Shown: positions 16,622-25,677, counted from the first letter of the stretch. The stretch: DNA of 34,085 bases from Bacilli bacterium (GCA_029004695.1 JAQVZB010000002.1:1-34085), one strand, 5' to 3'. Numbers and translations: made by a program. The notes: generated by a model from the letters alone, not told the origin.

Positions 16622-17051
16622 AAAGAATCACCTTGATAATTGCCATAACAAAAGCAAAAAATATCCCATATAATAATACACAACCAGCTAATTTAAAAAC
16701 ATTACTTCCAACTCCTGTTATTAAACCATCTTTTTTATAGTCCATAATCGCACTAGTTATTGAATGGGCAAAACCGGTTATTGGAATTAATATTCCACTT
16801 TTATATTTTTGGGCTAAATCATCCATAAAGCCTAAAGCTGTAAATAATGCTGCTAAAAATATATAAATTAATAAAACCCATCCTATAGCTTCCGTAATAG
16901 TTATTGAAAATATACTAACAAGTATCATTTTAATAATTTCAGCAACAATGCCTAGAATTCCACCGACTAAAAAAGCATTTAATGAATTAGATAATCTTTT
17001 TTCTTTTGGAGTTATTTCTTTAACTAATTTAAGATACTCTTTTTTATTCAT
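16614..17051 (-). CDS. spoVAC: stage V sporulation protein AC
   Basis: Start moved to MNKKEYLKLVKEITPK, behind AGGTGATATC. About 145 aa with 4 TM segments. First gene of a C-D-E spoVA operon directly after sigF. Confidence 0.85.
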   Translation of the reverse strand: MNKKEYLKLVKEITPKEKRLSNSLNAFLVGGILGIVAEIIKMILVSIFSITITEAIGWVLLIYIFLAALFTALGFMDDLAQKYKSGILIPITGFAHSITSAIMDYKKDGLITGVGSNVFKLAGCVLLYGIFFAFVMAIIKVILYV

Positions 17052-17065
17052 GATATCACCTATTA

Positions 17066-17095
17066 TATTATGACCTTTTTTAAGCGACAATATAC
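17066..17095 (-). promoter_or_regulatory. forespore-type (sigma-G/sigma-F) promoter for spoVAC-D-E
   Basis: Minus strand reads GTATA (revcomp of 17091-17095), exactly 18 nt, then CATAATA (revcomp of 17066-17072). This matches GHATR-18-CATxHTA and lies in the last codons of sigF. Caveat: the -10 ends only 5 nt before the SD. Confidence 0.4.
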
Positions 17096-17730
17096 TCTTT
17101 TATTTTCTGTTTAGATTTAGTTTCAATTCGTGAAACTTTTACTTGGCTTATTCCTAATATATTTGCGGTTTCAGTTTGAGTTAAATCTTGAAAATAACGA
17201 TAATCAATAATTGTTTTTTCTAATGGATTTAAAGTTTCAATTGAATCATTTATTAATATTTGATCATCAAGATTACTTTCAGTCCCAATATAATCTTTAA
17301 TATGTAATTCACCGTTAATAGTTTTATATTCATCATCTAAACTTATTATTTGACTAGTTAACATAATTACATCTGTTGCTAATGATTCTTCAATTTCAGT
17401 GTATAAACAAATTTCGGTTAAGGTTGGATTTTTGTTTAATTTTTGAATTAATTCATTTCTTGCAACTTCTAATTCTCTTAATATTTTTAAATAATATTTA
17501 TTTAATTTAATATCTCTGCTTTTAATTGTTAATTCATACATTTCTCCAAATATATATTTATAAGCAAAGGTCATAAAATTAACTCCTTCTTCTGGCTTAT
17601 ATTTACGATAAGCTTTTATCAACCCTATACAACCTGCTTGAAATAAATCAGCCGTTTCAACATTATAAAATTTTTTAGCTATTTTATATATATATAACTC
17701 ATATTGCTCAATTAAATTCTGTTCTGTCAT
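17080..17730 (-). CDS. sigF: sporulation sigma factor, SigF-like (216 aa, short N-terminus)
   Basis: DLFQAGCIGLIKAYRKYK vs B. subtilis SigF DLFQIGCIGLLKSVDKFD. DYRYFQDLTQTETANILGISQVKVSRIETK vs YLRYYKDQTQSEVAERLGISQVQVSRLEKK. Synteny spoIIAA-x-sigF-spoVA. Confidence 0.75.
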   Translation of the reverse strand: MTEQNLIEQYELYIYKIAKKFYNVETADLFQAGCIGLIKAYRKYKPEEGVNFMTFAYKYIFGEMYELTIKSRDIKLNKYYLKILRELEVARNELIQKLNKNPTLTEICLYTEIEESLATDVIMLTSQIISLDDEYKTINGELHIKDYIGTESNLDDQILINDSIETLNPLEKTIIDYRYFQDLTQTETANILGISQVKVSRIETKSKQKIKEYIVA

Positions 17731-17731
17731 T

Positions 17732-18049
17732 TTAAACCTCTAATAAAGATAAAGCTGAAAGTTCATCTTTTACTATTTTAAATTCATCATTTAAAATTAA
17801 ACTTGTATTACATATTAAACCATCCCCATCATTAAGTTTTGCAGCATTAACGCCTTTTTTTAATGAATCTTTACCATAATTATCTATAACAGTTACCGCA
17901 TTTAAATTATAAACTATATACTTAATACCATTTTTCGATATAACTGGAATCAAATAATTATTTAAGCTATTAACAGTATATTTTGTTAGATCTCCTTTTA
18001 ATCTTACAAATAATACTCCTTTTCTATATTCCATATTAATTTTTAACAT
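17732..18049 (-). CDS. spoIIAA: STAS-domain anti-sigma-factor antagonist, SpoIIAA-like, lacking the phosphoacceptor Ser
   Basis: 105 aa. Aligns with SpoIIAA (VLFVRLKGDL.., IKYIVYNLNAVTVID..G). The conserved D-S-S-G reads D-N-Y-G. Its stop is 1 nt from the sigF ATG. Confidence 0.7.
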   Translation of the reverse strand: MLKINMEYRKGVLFVRLKGDLTKYTVNSLNNYLIPVISKNGIKYIVYNLNAVTVIDNYGKDSLKKGVNAAKLNDGDGLICNTSLILNDEFKIVKDELSALSLLEV

Positions 18050-18092
18050 TTATCACTCCTTCTAATTTAATATAGGTCACAATTATTATTTT

Positions 18093-19334
18093 TTAAACCA
18101 TTTCGACATTTGTTCTATTTATTTTTCTAATTATTAAGGAAAAAATAAGTATAATAATAAAAATAATACCTAAAATATTAAGATAAAGATTATATTTATC
18201 TCTTTTTATATTTTTTTCATCTTCATTAATTATATTTAAGTTTTTAATCTTAATTTCCTCTAAATCATCGGTAATTAAATATTTAGATTTATTATTAATT
18301 TCTTTTTTATTTTTATTTTTAATATTATTAATAATTACTTTTTTTTCTTTTTCTTTTGGTATATTTACTAATATATTTTTATTTAAACAATTATTATTTA
18401 TTAAACATATTTTTATTTCTTGGTTTCCATTATTAAATAAGTCTAGATTATCAATATTTAATATTTCGATAGAAGAGAATTTAATTATCGGATCATTTAT
18501 ATTTACTATTTCATCATTTATTTCTATTTTATCTCTTTTATAATAAGTATAAGTTTTTTTATAATTTAATAAATCATGCTCAAAATTAATTAATGGTTCT
18601 TCTGAATAAATACTGCTATTTAATCTTTTTAAATTATAATATTTATATAAAATAATATCTGTTAATGTATCTTCATTAATAAAGTTAAGCTTATGATTTT
18701 CATTTAAATTACTTCTCAAAACATTATTATGAAAAGTTTGATAATTAGTTAAATCATTTTTAAAACCAATATCATATGATATATCATCTAAACTTGATGT
18801 TTCAAATCTTATTATTAAACTAATACTATTTAAAGGATAAAAAGTTCTTAAATCAATAATTAATTCTCCATAAGACGGAATTATTTTACGATAACTAAAA
18901 TTTTTATGATATATATAATAAAATATTAATTCTTCTCCTGAATAAATCGATATGTTTTTAATTGATGTTTGATTAGTAACAAAGTTATTGATTCTTATAT
19001 ATTTAACATTAATATTTTCATTAATGAAATGTTCAGTAATAGGTCCATCTTCTGCTATTAAATGTTCTTTATTACTTTTTTTTATATAATCATCTTTATC
19101 AACAAATGGTAAAGATTCAGGATTCTTATCTAGTAAATAATAGCCTTCTTCATTTCTTTCATAATTAAAATTTAAATATTTATTAGTTTCTTCTCTTTTT
19201 ATTATATCTGATTCTTCATAATAATTATTACTATCTTTTTCTAATAAATAATAATCAGTATATAATATTTCAGCATTACAATTTATTGGTATTAATAATA
19301 ACAATAAAAATAACAATATTAATCGTTTCATCAT
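18093..19334 (-). CDS. secreted, C-terminally membrane-anchored N/K/Y/I-rich protein of unknown function
   Basis: Signal peptide MMKRLILLFLLLLLIPINCNA|E. C-terminal TM LYLNILGIIFIIILIFSLII followed by RKINR. No catalytic motif recognised. Confidence 0.6.
   Translation of the reverse strand: MMKRLILLFLLLLLIPINCNAEILYTDYYLLEKDSNNYYEESDIIKREETNKYLNFNYERNEEGYYLLDKNPESLPFVDKDDYIKKSNKEHLIAEDGPITEHFINENINVKYIRINNFVTNQTSIKNISIYSGEELIFYYIYHKNFSYRKIIPSYGELIIDLRTFYPLNSISLIIRFETSSLDDISYDIGFKNDLTNYQTFHNNVLRSNLNENHKLNFINEDTLTDIILYKYYNLKRLNSSIYSEEPLINFEHDLLNYKKTYTYYKRDKIEINDEIVNINDPIIKFSSIEILNIDNLDLFNNGNQEIKICLINNNCLNKNILVNIPKEKEKKVIINNIKNKNKKEINNKSKYLITDDLEEIKIKNLNIINEDEKNIKRDKYNLYLNILGIIFIIILIFSLIIRKINRTNVEMV
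18102..18108 (-). promoter_or_regulatory. perfect Spo0A-box heptamer (TGTCGAA on the minus strand) upstream of spoIIAA
   Basis: TTCGACA on the plus strand, 53-59 nt upstream of the spoIIAA ATG, just upstream of a TTTAAA-17/18-TATATT promoter-like pair. A heptamer like this is expected a few times per window by chance; another copy sits in rluB. Confidence 0.25.
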
Positions 19335-19464
19335 TGTCCCTCCACTCTTAAATGTTATATTTTAATAATTAATTTCTTTCTTAATTATTTATTATGTTTA
19401 TAATCTTGCGTTTATTGTTAATAACTCACTAAAATTCGAGCTAAAAATAAAACTAAACTTTAAC

Positions 19465-19493
19465 TAGACAAATGAGCTAAAATATAATATAAT
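19465..19493 (+). promoter_or_regulatory. sigma-A type promoter for rnj
   Basis: TAGACA (19465-19470), a 17-nt spacer, then TATAAT (19488-19493), about 55 nt upstream of the rnj ATG. Confidence 0.4.
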
Positions 19494-19549
19494 AAAACAT
19501 ACCAAGAGAACTTATGTATTTTTATATTTTTTAAGGAGGAATTTTTTAC

Positions 19550-21220
19550 ATGAAAAATAATGAAACAGTGACTACTGTTTTTGCACTTGGAGGCTTAGGT
19601 GAAGTCGGCAAAAATATGTATGTCGTCGAACATGATGATGAAATAATTATCATAGATGCAGGAGTATTATTCCCTGAAAATGACTTACTAGGAATAGATT
19701 ATGTTATTCAAGATATCACTTATTTAAAACATAAAGCCGATAATATTAAAGCTTTATTTATAACTCATGGTCATGAAGATCATATCGGAGGTATTACTTT
19801 TTTATTACAAAATATTGATATACCTGTTATATATGCACCTCAGATAGCAAATGACTTAATAATAAAGAAACTAACTGATCGAAATATGAGCTATAATAAT
19901 CTTAAAATATATGACGCTAACAGTGTTTTTAAATTTAAATATATGACTGTTGATTTTGTTAGAACAACCCATTCTATACCTGATAGTTTTGGTATTATAT
20001 TGAGAACTCCAAACGGTAATATATTTACAACTGGAGATTTCAAATTCGACTTAACACCTATTGGTCCTATGGCTGATATTCATAAAATAGCAAAATTAGG
20101 TGATGAAGGAATTAAATTATTAATGTCTGATAGCACGAATGCTTTAACTCCGGGTTCATCTAAAAGTGAAAGTATCGTTGATGAAGCTCTAGGAGAAGTT
20201 TTTGCTCGTCAAAATTCGCGAATAATAATTGCAACTTTTGCATCTAACATATATCGAATTAAGCATATAATTGAAACTTGTCGTAAAAATAATCGAAAAA
20301 TCATTACTTTTGGGCGAAGTATGGAAAATGCTAAAGAAATAGCTATTAAAAATAATTTAATTGAAGACAAATCGATCTTTATTGAACATAATGAAGCTAA
20401 AGATTTAAAGAAAAATGAAATATGTATTTTATGTACCGGTTCTCAAGGTGAACCGTTAGCAGCATTATCAAGAATAGCAGATGGAAATCATCGTCAAATT
20501 GTATTATTACCTGATGATATAGTTGTTTTTTCTTCTAGCCCAATTCCTGGTAATAAAGCAAGTATTAATCGCATTATAAATAAATTATATTTAAAAGGAG
20601 TAAGAGTTTATACTAATACTGAATTATCAGACATTCATACCTCTGGACATGCCAATCAAGAAGAATTAAAATGGATGCTTAGAATGATTAAACCTCAATA
20701 TTTTATGCCTGTTCATGGTGAATATCGAATGCTTAAACATCATGCTGATTTAGCCATAGATTGTGATATTCCTAAAGAAAATATATTTGTTTGTACTAAT
20801 GGAGATGTACTTGAGCTTACCAAAGATGGTGTTAGATTAGGCAAAAAAGTTCAGGCAGGAGATATTTATGTTGATGGTTCAAGAATCGGAGATATTGGTT
20901 CAATAGTAATAAAAGATCGAAAATTAATGAGTCAAGATGGTATTTTAGTTGCATTTATTAATATTAATCCTCTTACTAGAGAAATACTAATAAAACCTAA
21001 TATTACGACACGAGGATTTGTCTTAATCAATGAAAATATTGAATTAATTCAAAAAATTGAAGATAAAGTGACATCGATAGTTAATAACACCATAAAAACA
21101 TCTTATAATTATTTAGATTTAAAGAATCAAATTATATTAGAATTGAATCCTTTTATTAATAATTTAACGGGAAGAAGACCTATTATATTGCCAGTTATAA
21201 TGGAAGTAAAAAATAAATAA
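19550..21220 (+). CDS. rnj: ribonuclease J (beta-CASP metallo-beta-lactamase)
   Basis: LGGLGEVGKNMYVVE N-terminus, HGHEDHIGG motif, beta-CASP segment and SGHA/HGE motifs. 556 aa. RBS AAGGAGGA. Confidence 0.95.
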   Translation: MKNNETVTTVFALGGLGEVGKNMYVVEHDDEIIIIDAGVLFPENDLLGIDYVIQDITYLKHKADNIKALFITHGHEDHIGGITFLLQNIDIPVIYAPQIANDLIIKKLTDRNMSYNNLKIYDANSVFKFKYMTVDFVRTTHSIPDSFGIILRTPNGNIFTTGDFKFDLTPIGPMADIHKIAKLGDEGIKLLMSDSTNALTPGSSKSESIVDEALGEVFARQNSRIIIATFASNIYRIKHIIETCRKNNRKIITFGRSMENAKEIAIKNNLIEDKSIFIEHNEAKDLKKNEICILCTGSQGEPLAALSRIADGNHRQIVLLPDDIVVFSSSPIPGNKASINRIINKLYLKGVRVYTNTELSDIHTSGHANQEELKWMLRMIKPQYFMPVHGEYRMLKHHADLAIDCDIPKENIFVCTNGDVLELTKDGVRLGKKVQAGDIYVDGSRIGDIGSIVIKDRKLMSQDGILVAFININPLTREILIKPNITTRGFVLINENIELIQKIEDKVTSIVNNTIKTSYNYLDLKNQIILELNPFINNLTGRRPIILPVIMEVKNK

Positions 21221-21261
21221 CCAAAATAAATTAAAGTCATATCATAATATTGAGGTATATT

Positions 21262-22014
21262 ATGATAGATTTTTTTTATTCATTAAATCCATTAATTCAA
21301 ACTTTAATTGCATCATTTGGAACTTTTTTTATTAGTTCTTTAGGAGCATCTACTATTTTTTTATTTAAAAATATAACTAAAGAAAAAATGTTTATATTAC
21401 TTAGTATTTCGGCAGGAGTTATGTTAGCATCTACTTTCTTTTCATTAATAAATCCGGCTTTAGATTATGGAAAACACTCACTTTTAATGTGCATTTTAGG
21501 TATATTATTTGGAGGTTTACTATTATTCTTCGGAGATAAGATTTATAAAAATGATGATAAAACAAATATGCTTGTATTATCTATGACCCTTCATAACTTT
21601 CCCGAAGGTATGGCTATCGGTGTTGCTTTTGGAGCAGCGATTTATGGTATTCCTGGTGCTACTATTATGGGAGCATTAACTTTAGCTATCGGAATAGGAA
21701 TTCAAAACTTTCCCGAAGGAAGTGCATTAAGCTTTCCGCTTTATAAAAAAGGATATAGTAAATTAAAATCATATTTTATAAGTTCAGCAACAGCTATAGT
21801 AGAACCAATAGGAGCTTTAATTGGTTTATATTTGGCAATAAAGTTACAAATGCTTCTTCCTTTCTTTCTTGCATTTGCTGCAGGAGCAATGCTATATGTT
21901 ATTGTAATAGAATTAATTCCTGAAAGTATGGCGACAGAAAATAAAAACCAAATGGCATTATATTTAATAATCGGCTTTATCATAATGATGACGCTCGATG
22001 TTGCATTAGGATAA
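21262..22014 (+). CDS. ZIP-family divalent metal (zinc) transporter
   Basis: Two HNFPEG/QNFPEG motifs (LHNFPEGMAIGVAF, GIQNFPEGSALS) and about 8 TM segments. ATG at 21262 behind GAGGT. Confidence 0.85.
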   Translation: MIDFFYSLNPLIQTLIASFGTFFISSLGASTIFLFKNITKEKMFILLSISAGVMLASTFFSLINPALDYGKHSLLMCILGILFGGLLLFFGDKIYKNDDKTNMLVLSMTLHNFPEGMAIGVAFGAAIYGIPGATIMGALTLAIGIGIQNFPEGSALSFPLYKKGYSKLKSYFISSATAIVEPIGALIGLYLAIKLQMLLPFFLAFAAGAMLYVIVIELIPESMATENKNQMALYLIIGFIIMMTLDVALG

Positions 22015-22150
22015 ATCTTTTTCATTAAATATAAAAAACGTATTTGAATTATAAACTAAATAAAAAAAAACTTTAATAAAGTAGACATTATTTAAAATAA
22101 AATTTATATTTTTATAAAAATAAGTTATAATATAAAAGAGGATGTAAAAT

Positions 22151-22681
22151 ATGAATTATATATTAACACAGTGGGTAATATTCTTTTTTATATATTGTTT
22201 TTTTGGTTGGATTTGGGAAACAAGTTATATTTCATTAAGAAAGAAAAAATGGGTAAACCGTGGCTTTTTAAATGGCCCTTTGATTCCCATATATGGATTT
22301 GGTGCAATTATAATACTTTTATTAACTTGGTCTTTTAAAAACAACTTAGCACTTATTTTTATTTTAGGTATGATTGGTGCAACTATCATAGAATACATAA
22401 CAGGATCTACTTTAATTAAATTATTTAATAAAAGATATTGGGATTATAGCGATCAAAGATTAAATGTAAACGGGCATATATGCTTATATACTTCACTTGC
22501 TTGGGGATTTGTTTCAATATTACTAGTAAAATTGATTCATCCTAATATTAAACATATCATATTAAATATTCCCAATTATGCAATCGACATTGGATGTATA
22601 TTTTTAATTATTATATTCCTGTATGATTCTATAAAATCTACCAAATTAGCATTAATTACAAAAATAGATTATTTAAATTAA
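22151..22681 (+). CDS. small polytopic membrane protein, putative type IV ABC-transporter-like (PF06541-like)
   Basis: N-terminal FFFIYCFFGWIWETSY, which resembles the F.Y.f.GW..E..Y signature. 176 aa with about 5 TM segments. Assignment by motif memory only. Confidence 0.5.
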   Translation: MNYILTQWVIFFFIYCFFGWIWETSYISLRKKKWVNRGFLNGPLIPIYGFGAIIILLLTWSFKNNLALIFILGMIGATIIEYITGSTLIKLFNKRYWDYSDQRLNVNGHICLYTSLAWGFVSILLVKLIHPNIKHIILNIPNYAIDIGCIFLIIIFLYDSIKSTKLALITKIDYLN

Positions 22682-22742
22682 AACTATTGATTCGATTTTG
22701 CTATATAATTGTCGGTAATTTCTGAAATATGTTTATAATAAA

Positions 22743-23456
22743 TCAGTTCTTATAGTCATATAATTTTTTAACTTCTTTAATATTTAATAAGCGATATTCA
22801 CCACTTTTTAAAGTTCCTAGATCTAAAAAACCATATTCTATTCTTGATAATTTATCTACTAAATAACCAAGTTCTAAAAAAAGTTTTTTTATAATATGAT
22901 TTCTTCCTTCGATGATAGATATTTCGACAATCGAAAAATCTTTATCAGTATCATTTTTCTTTAATTTTAATTTAGTAGGAGTGCATTTAATATCATCAAT
23001 CTTAATTCCTTTTTTTAATTTCTGTAAATCTGTAATAGCTAACGCTTTATTTAATTTAACAACATATTTTTTTTCAACTTTATTTTTAGGATGCATTAAA
23101 ATATTAGCAAGTTTGCCATCATTAGTAATAATAATTAAACCAGTTGTATCATAATCTAATCTTCCAACTGGATATACTCTTTTATCGGTATTTATAAAAT
23201 CAGTTACGGTTTTTCTTTCTTTATTATCACTAACTGATGATATAACTCCTCTGGGTTTATTCATTAAATAATAAACTTTATCTTCTTTCTGAACCTCGTT
23301 ACCATTAATAGTTATAATATCATTACCGTCTACTTTGGTACCCAATTCCGTTATTTTAATTCCATTAACATATACTTTACCCTGCTTAATTAACTCTTCA
23401 GCTTTTCTTCTTGAAGCAAAGCCAGTTTCTGCAATTACCTTTTGGAGTCTTTCCAT
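22743..23456 (-). CDS. rluB: 23S rRNA pseudouridine synthase, RluB/RsuA family, with an S4 domain
   Basis: MERLQKVIAETGFASRRKAEELIKQGKVYVNG (S4) and GRLDYDTTGLIIITNDG (catalytic Asp). ATG at 23456 behind AGGTGA. Lies next to spmB, as in B. subtilis. Confidence 0.85.
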   Translation of the reverse strand: MERLQKVIAETGFASRRKAEELIKQGKVYVNGIKITELGTKVDGNDIITINGNEVQKEDKVYYLMNKPRGVISSVSDNKERKTVTDFINTDKRVYPVGRLDYDTTGLIIITNDGKLANILMHPKNKVEKKYVVKLNKALAITDLQKLKKGIKIDDIKCTPTKLKLKKNDTDKDFSIVEISIIEGRNHIIKKLFLELGYLVDKLSRIEYGFLDLGTLKSGEYRLLNIKEVKKLYDYKN

Positions 23457-23484
23457 AGTTATCACCTAATCAATTTTAACATAA

Positions 23485-24003
23485 TTAAAAAAATATGTAT
23501 ACTAATAAAAATGAGGCAATTATACCACAAAAATCAGAAAATAATCCTACTCCTAAAGCGTATCTATTTTTTATGATTCCGATACTTCCATAATAAAGAG
23601 CTATAACATAAAAAGTTGTATCAGATGAACCTTGAATAGTACTTGCAAGTAAACCCATAATTGAATCTGGTCCATATTCTTTAAATATATTACTCATTAT
23701 AGCAAGTGTACTAGTACCTGATATACTTCTTAAAAAAGTCATTGGTAAAATTTCTGATGACAAAGATAGCGTATCTAAATGAGGTTCTAAAAATAAAAAC
23801 ATATCACTAATAATATTACTTTTGATTAAAATATTAATAGCAAATATCATGGCTACGATATTCGGTATTATCTTAAAGGTGGTAATTAAACCATCTTTAG
23901 CGCCTAATAAAAACTCATCATATAAATTTATTTTTTTCTTAAAACCGTAAAGGATAATATATAAAACTAATAATGGAAGGATTAAAAAACTAATTGTTGT
24001 CAT
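23485..24003 (-). CDS. spmB: spore maturation protein B
   Basis: 172-aa nucleoside-recognition (Gate) type membrane protein, following spmA with an overlap in a dacB-spmA-spmB arrangement. Confidence 0.85.
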   Translation of the reverse strand: MTTISFLILPLLVLYIILYGFKKKINLYDEFLLGAKDGLITTFKIIPNIVAMIFAINILIKSNIISDMFLFLEPHLDTLSLSSEILPMTFLRSISGTSTLAIMSNIFKEYGPDSIMGLLASTIQGSSDTTFYVIALYYGSIGIIKNRYALGVGLFSDFCGIIASFLLVYIFF

Positions 24004-24574
24004 TTTTTCTCCTTATAATATAATCTAAGGTGAGTCCTCCTATACCTGCACATATCGTAGCTAAAATACATGTTGGAATAACAATCGTTGGATTTGCACT
24101 TCCATACATCATTCGAAGTGAGATTATAGTTGTAGGAATAATTGTTACTCCACTAGTATTAAGTACTAAAAAAGTAATCATTGAAGTAGTAGCTCTTTTT
24201 TTATCAGGATTTAATTCTTGTAATTTTTGCATAGCTTTAAGACCAAACGGAGTTGCAGCTGAACCTAATCCAGCCATATTAACAGCAACATTACTAGCAA
24301 TATAACCTATTGATTCATGTCCTTTAGGAATTTTAGGAAATAAAAGCGATAAAATAGGAGTCATTAACTCAGCTATTTTTTTTATTAAACCACTTTTTTC
24401 TGCTATTTTCATAAGACCCATCCAAATAACTAGTAAGGGCATCATATCTGCTATTAAATCAAAAGCTGCCGTACCAGAGGCTATTATTTCATTATTAATA
24501 ATTAAAGCTTTCTCCGTTATGATACTATAAGATATCCCTATTACTATAAATATACCCCATATAATATTAACCAT
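23990..24574 (-). CDS. spmA: spore maturation protein A
   Basis: MVNIIWGIFIVIG N-terminus typical of SpmA. Membrane protein. The start could alternatively be the TTG at 24583. Confidence 0.85.
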   Translation of the reverse strand: MVNIIWGIFIVIGISYSIITEKALIINNEIIASGTAAFDLIADMMPLLVIWMGLMKIAEKSGLIKKIAELMTPILSLLFPKIPKGHESIGYIASNVAVNMAGLGSAATPFGLKAMQKLQELNPDKKRATTSMITFLVLNTSGVTIIPTTIISLRMMYGSANPTIVIPTCILATICAGIGGLTLDYIIRRKNDNN

Positions 24575-25622
24575 AAATACCAAACTTCTTTAATATTTTT
24601 TGAATAAAATTTAACTTTGGAGAATTATTTTTTTCTTTTAAATAGATATTTTCTTTTTTAATTATTTTATTATTTAATTTCACTTGTATTTCACCAGCTA
24701 TGTTAGTAACATTTTTTTTATTATAAATATAATTTATTTCAATTTTTTTATATTCTTTATTAGTTAATGTTATATTAATATCATTTTCTAGATATGTATT
24801 ATTTATTTTAGTATCAATATAACCTTTTTTTAAAATTTTATAATTTTTATAATTTTTAAATGCTTTTTCATATAAATCGCGATGATCTTGAAAATCATTA
24901 CCATCTTTAAAAGTTACGATTGTTAAATTCATATTATCTTTAGAAGCATTAGTTACTAAAGTCCTTCTAGCAAGCTCAGTAAAACCAGTTTTTCCACCAA
25001 TGCAATATTCATATGAATTTAATAATTTATTTTTATTATGCCATACATAAGTTTTATAATTAGTTTTTACTATCATTTTTTTAGTACTAGTTATTTTTTT
25101 ATATTGAGGATTATTTATCGCATAACTTGATAATAATCCCATATCGTAAACTGTTGAAGTATTTCCGTTTTTATTATTTTCCTCCAAACCATGATTATTT
25201 AAAAAAGTAGTATTATTCATCCCAATTAATTTTGCAGTTTCATTCATTAATAAAACAAAACCTTCCATAGATCCGCCTACTTCATGGGCCAGAGCTATCG
25301 CAGCATCATTGCCACTTCTTAGAATTAAACCATATAAAAGATTTTTGATTAATATTTTTTCTCCGACCTCAATATAAATTCCACTACCATAACTTTTTAA
25401 TACCTCATCATTAATAGTTATTTCTTTTTTAATATCAGCATTATTTAATACTACTATTGCTGTCATTATTTTTGTAATAGATGCAATTAAATAAGGAGTA
25501 TTAATATTACTACCTTCTAATACGCGATTATTATCTGAATCCATAACAATATATGCAGATGCGCTTATAGCATTTACATTAAGAGGAAAAAGCAAAATAA
25601 ATATTAATATAATTTTTTTCAT
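24567..25622 (-). CDS. dacB: D-alanyl-D-alanine carboxypeptidase (S11 PBP), sporulation-type DacB
   Basis: Signal peptide. Motifs SITK (SxxK), SGN (RSGNDAA) and KTG (GKTGFT). First gene of the dacB-spmA-spmB cluster. Confidence 0.85.
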   Translation of the reverse strand: MKKIILIFILLFPLNVNAISASAYIVMDSDNNRVLEGSNINTPYLIASITKIMTAIVVLNNADIKKEITINDEVLKSYGSGIYIEVGEKILIKNLLYGLILRSGNDAAIALAHEVGGSMEGFVLLMNETAKLIGMNNTTFLNNHGLEENNKNGNTSTVYDMGLLSSYAINNPQYKKITSTKKMIVKTNYKTYVWHNKNKLLNSYEYCIGGKTGFTELARRTLVTNASKDNMNLTIVTFKDGNDFQDHRDLYEKAFKNYKNYKILKKGYIDTKINNTYLENDINITLTNKEYKKIEINYIYNKKNVTNIAGEIQVKLNNKIIKKENIYLKEKNNSPKLNFIQKILKKFGIYG

Positions 25623-25647
25623 AAGACCACATTAAATATTATGATGT

Positions 25648-25674
25648 TATAAAAAAAATACCACTAGGTATTTT
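25648..25674 (-). terminator. intrinsic terminator after pilD
   Basis: Minus strand: AAAATACC-tagt-GGTATTTT followed by TTTTATAAC (arms 25655-25662 and 25667-25674). Separates pilC-pilD from dacB. Confidence 0.55.
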
Positions 25675-25677
25675 AGT

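Noticed and set aside
21741-22025. 94-aa minus-strand ORF
   Set aside because: Antisense inside the ZIP transporter gene.
22923-22929. Second perfect Spo0A-box heptamer (TTCGACA), part of a small palindrome tttcga-caa-tcgaaa
   Set aside because: It lies inside the rluB coding sequence with no promoter context. From base composition I estimate a few chance occurrences of this heptamer in the window. It serves as a caution for the 18102 box.
22912-23154. 80-aa plus-strand ORF
   Set aside because: Antisense inside rluB.
24030-24305. 91-aa plus-strand ORF
   Set aside because: Antisense inside spmA.
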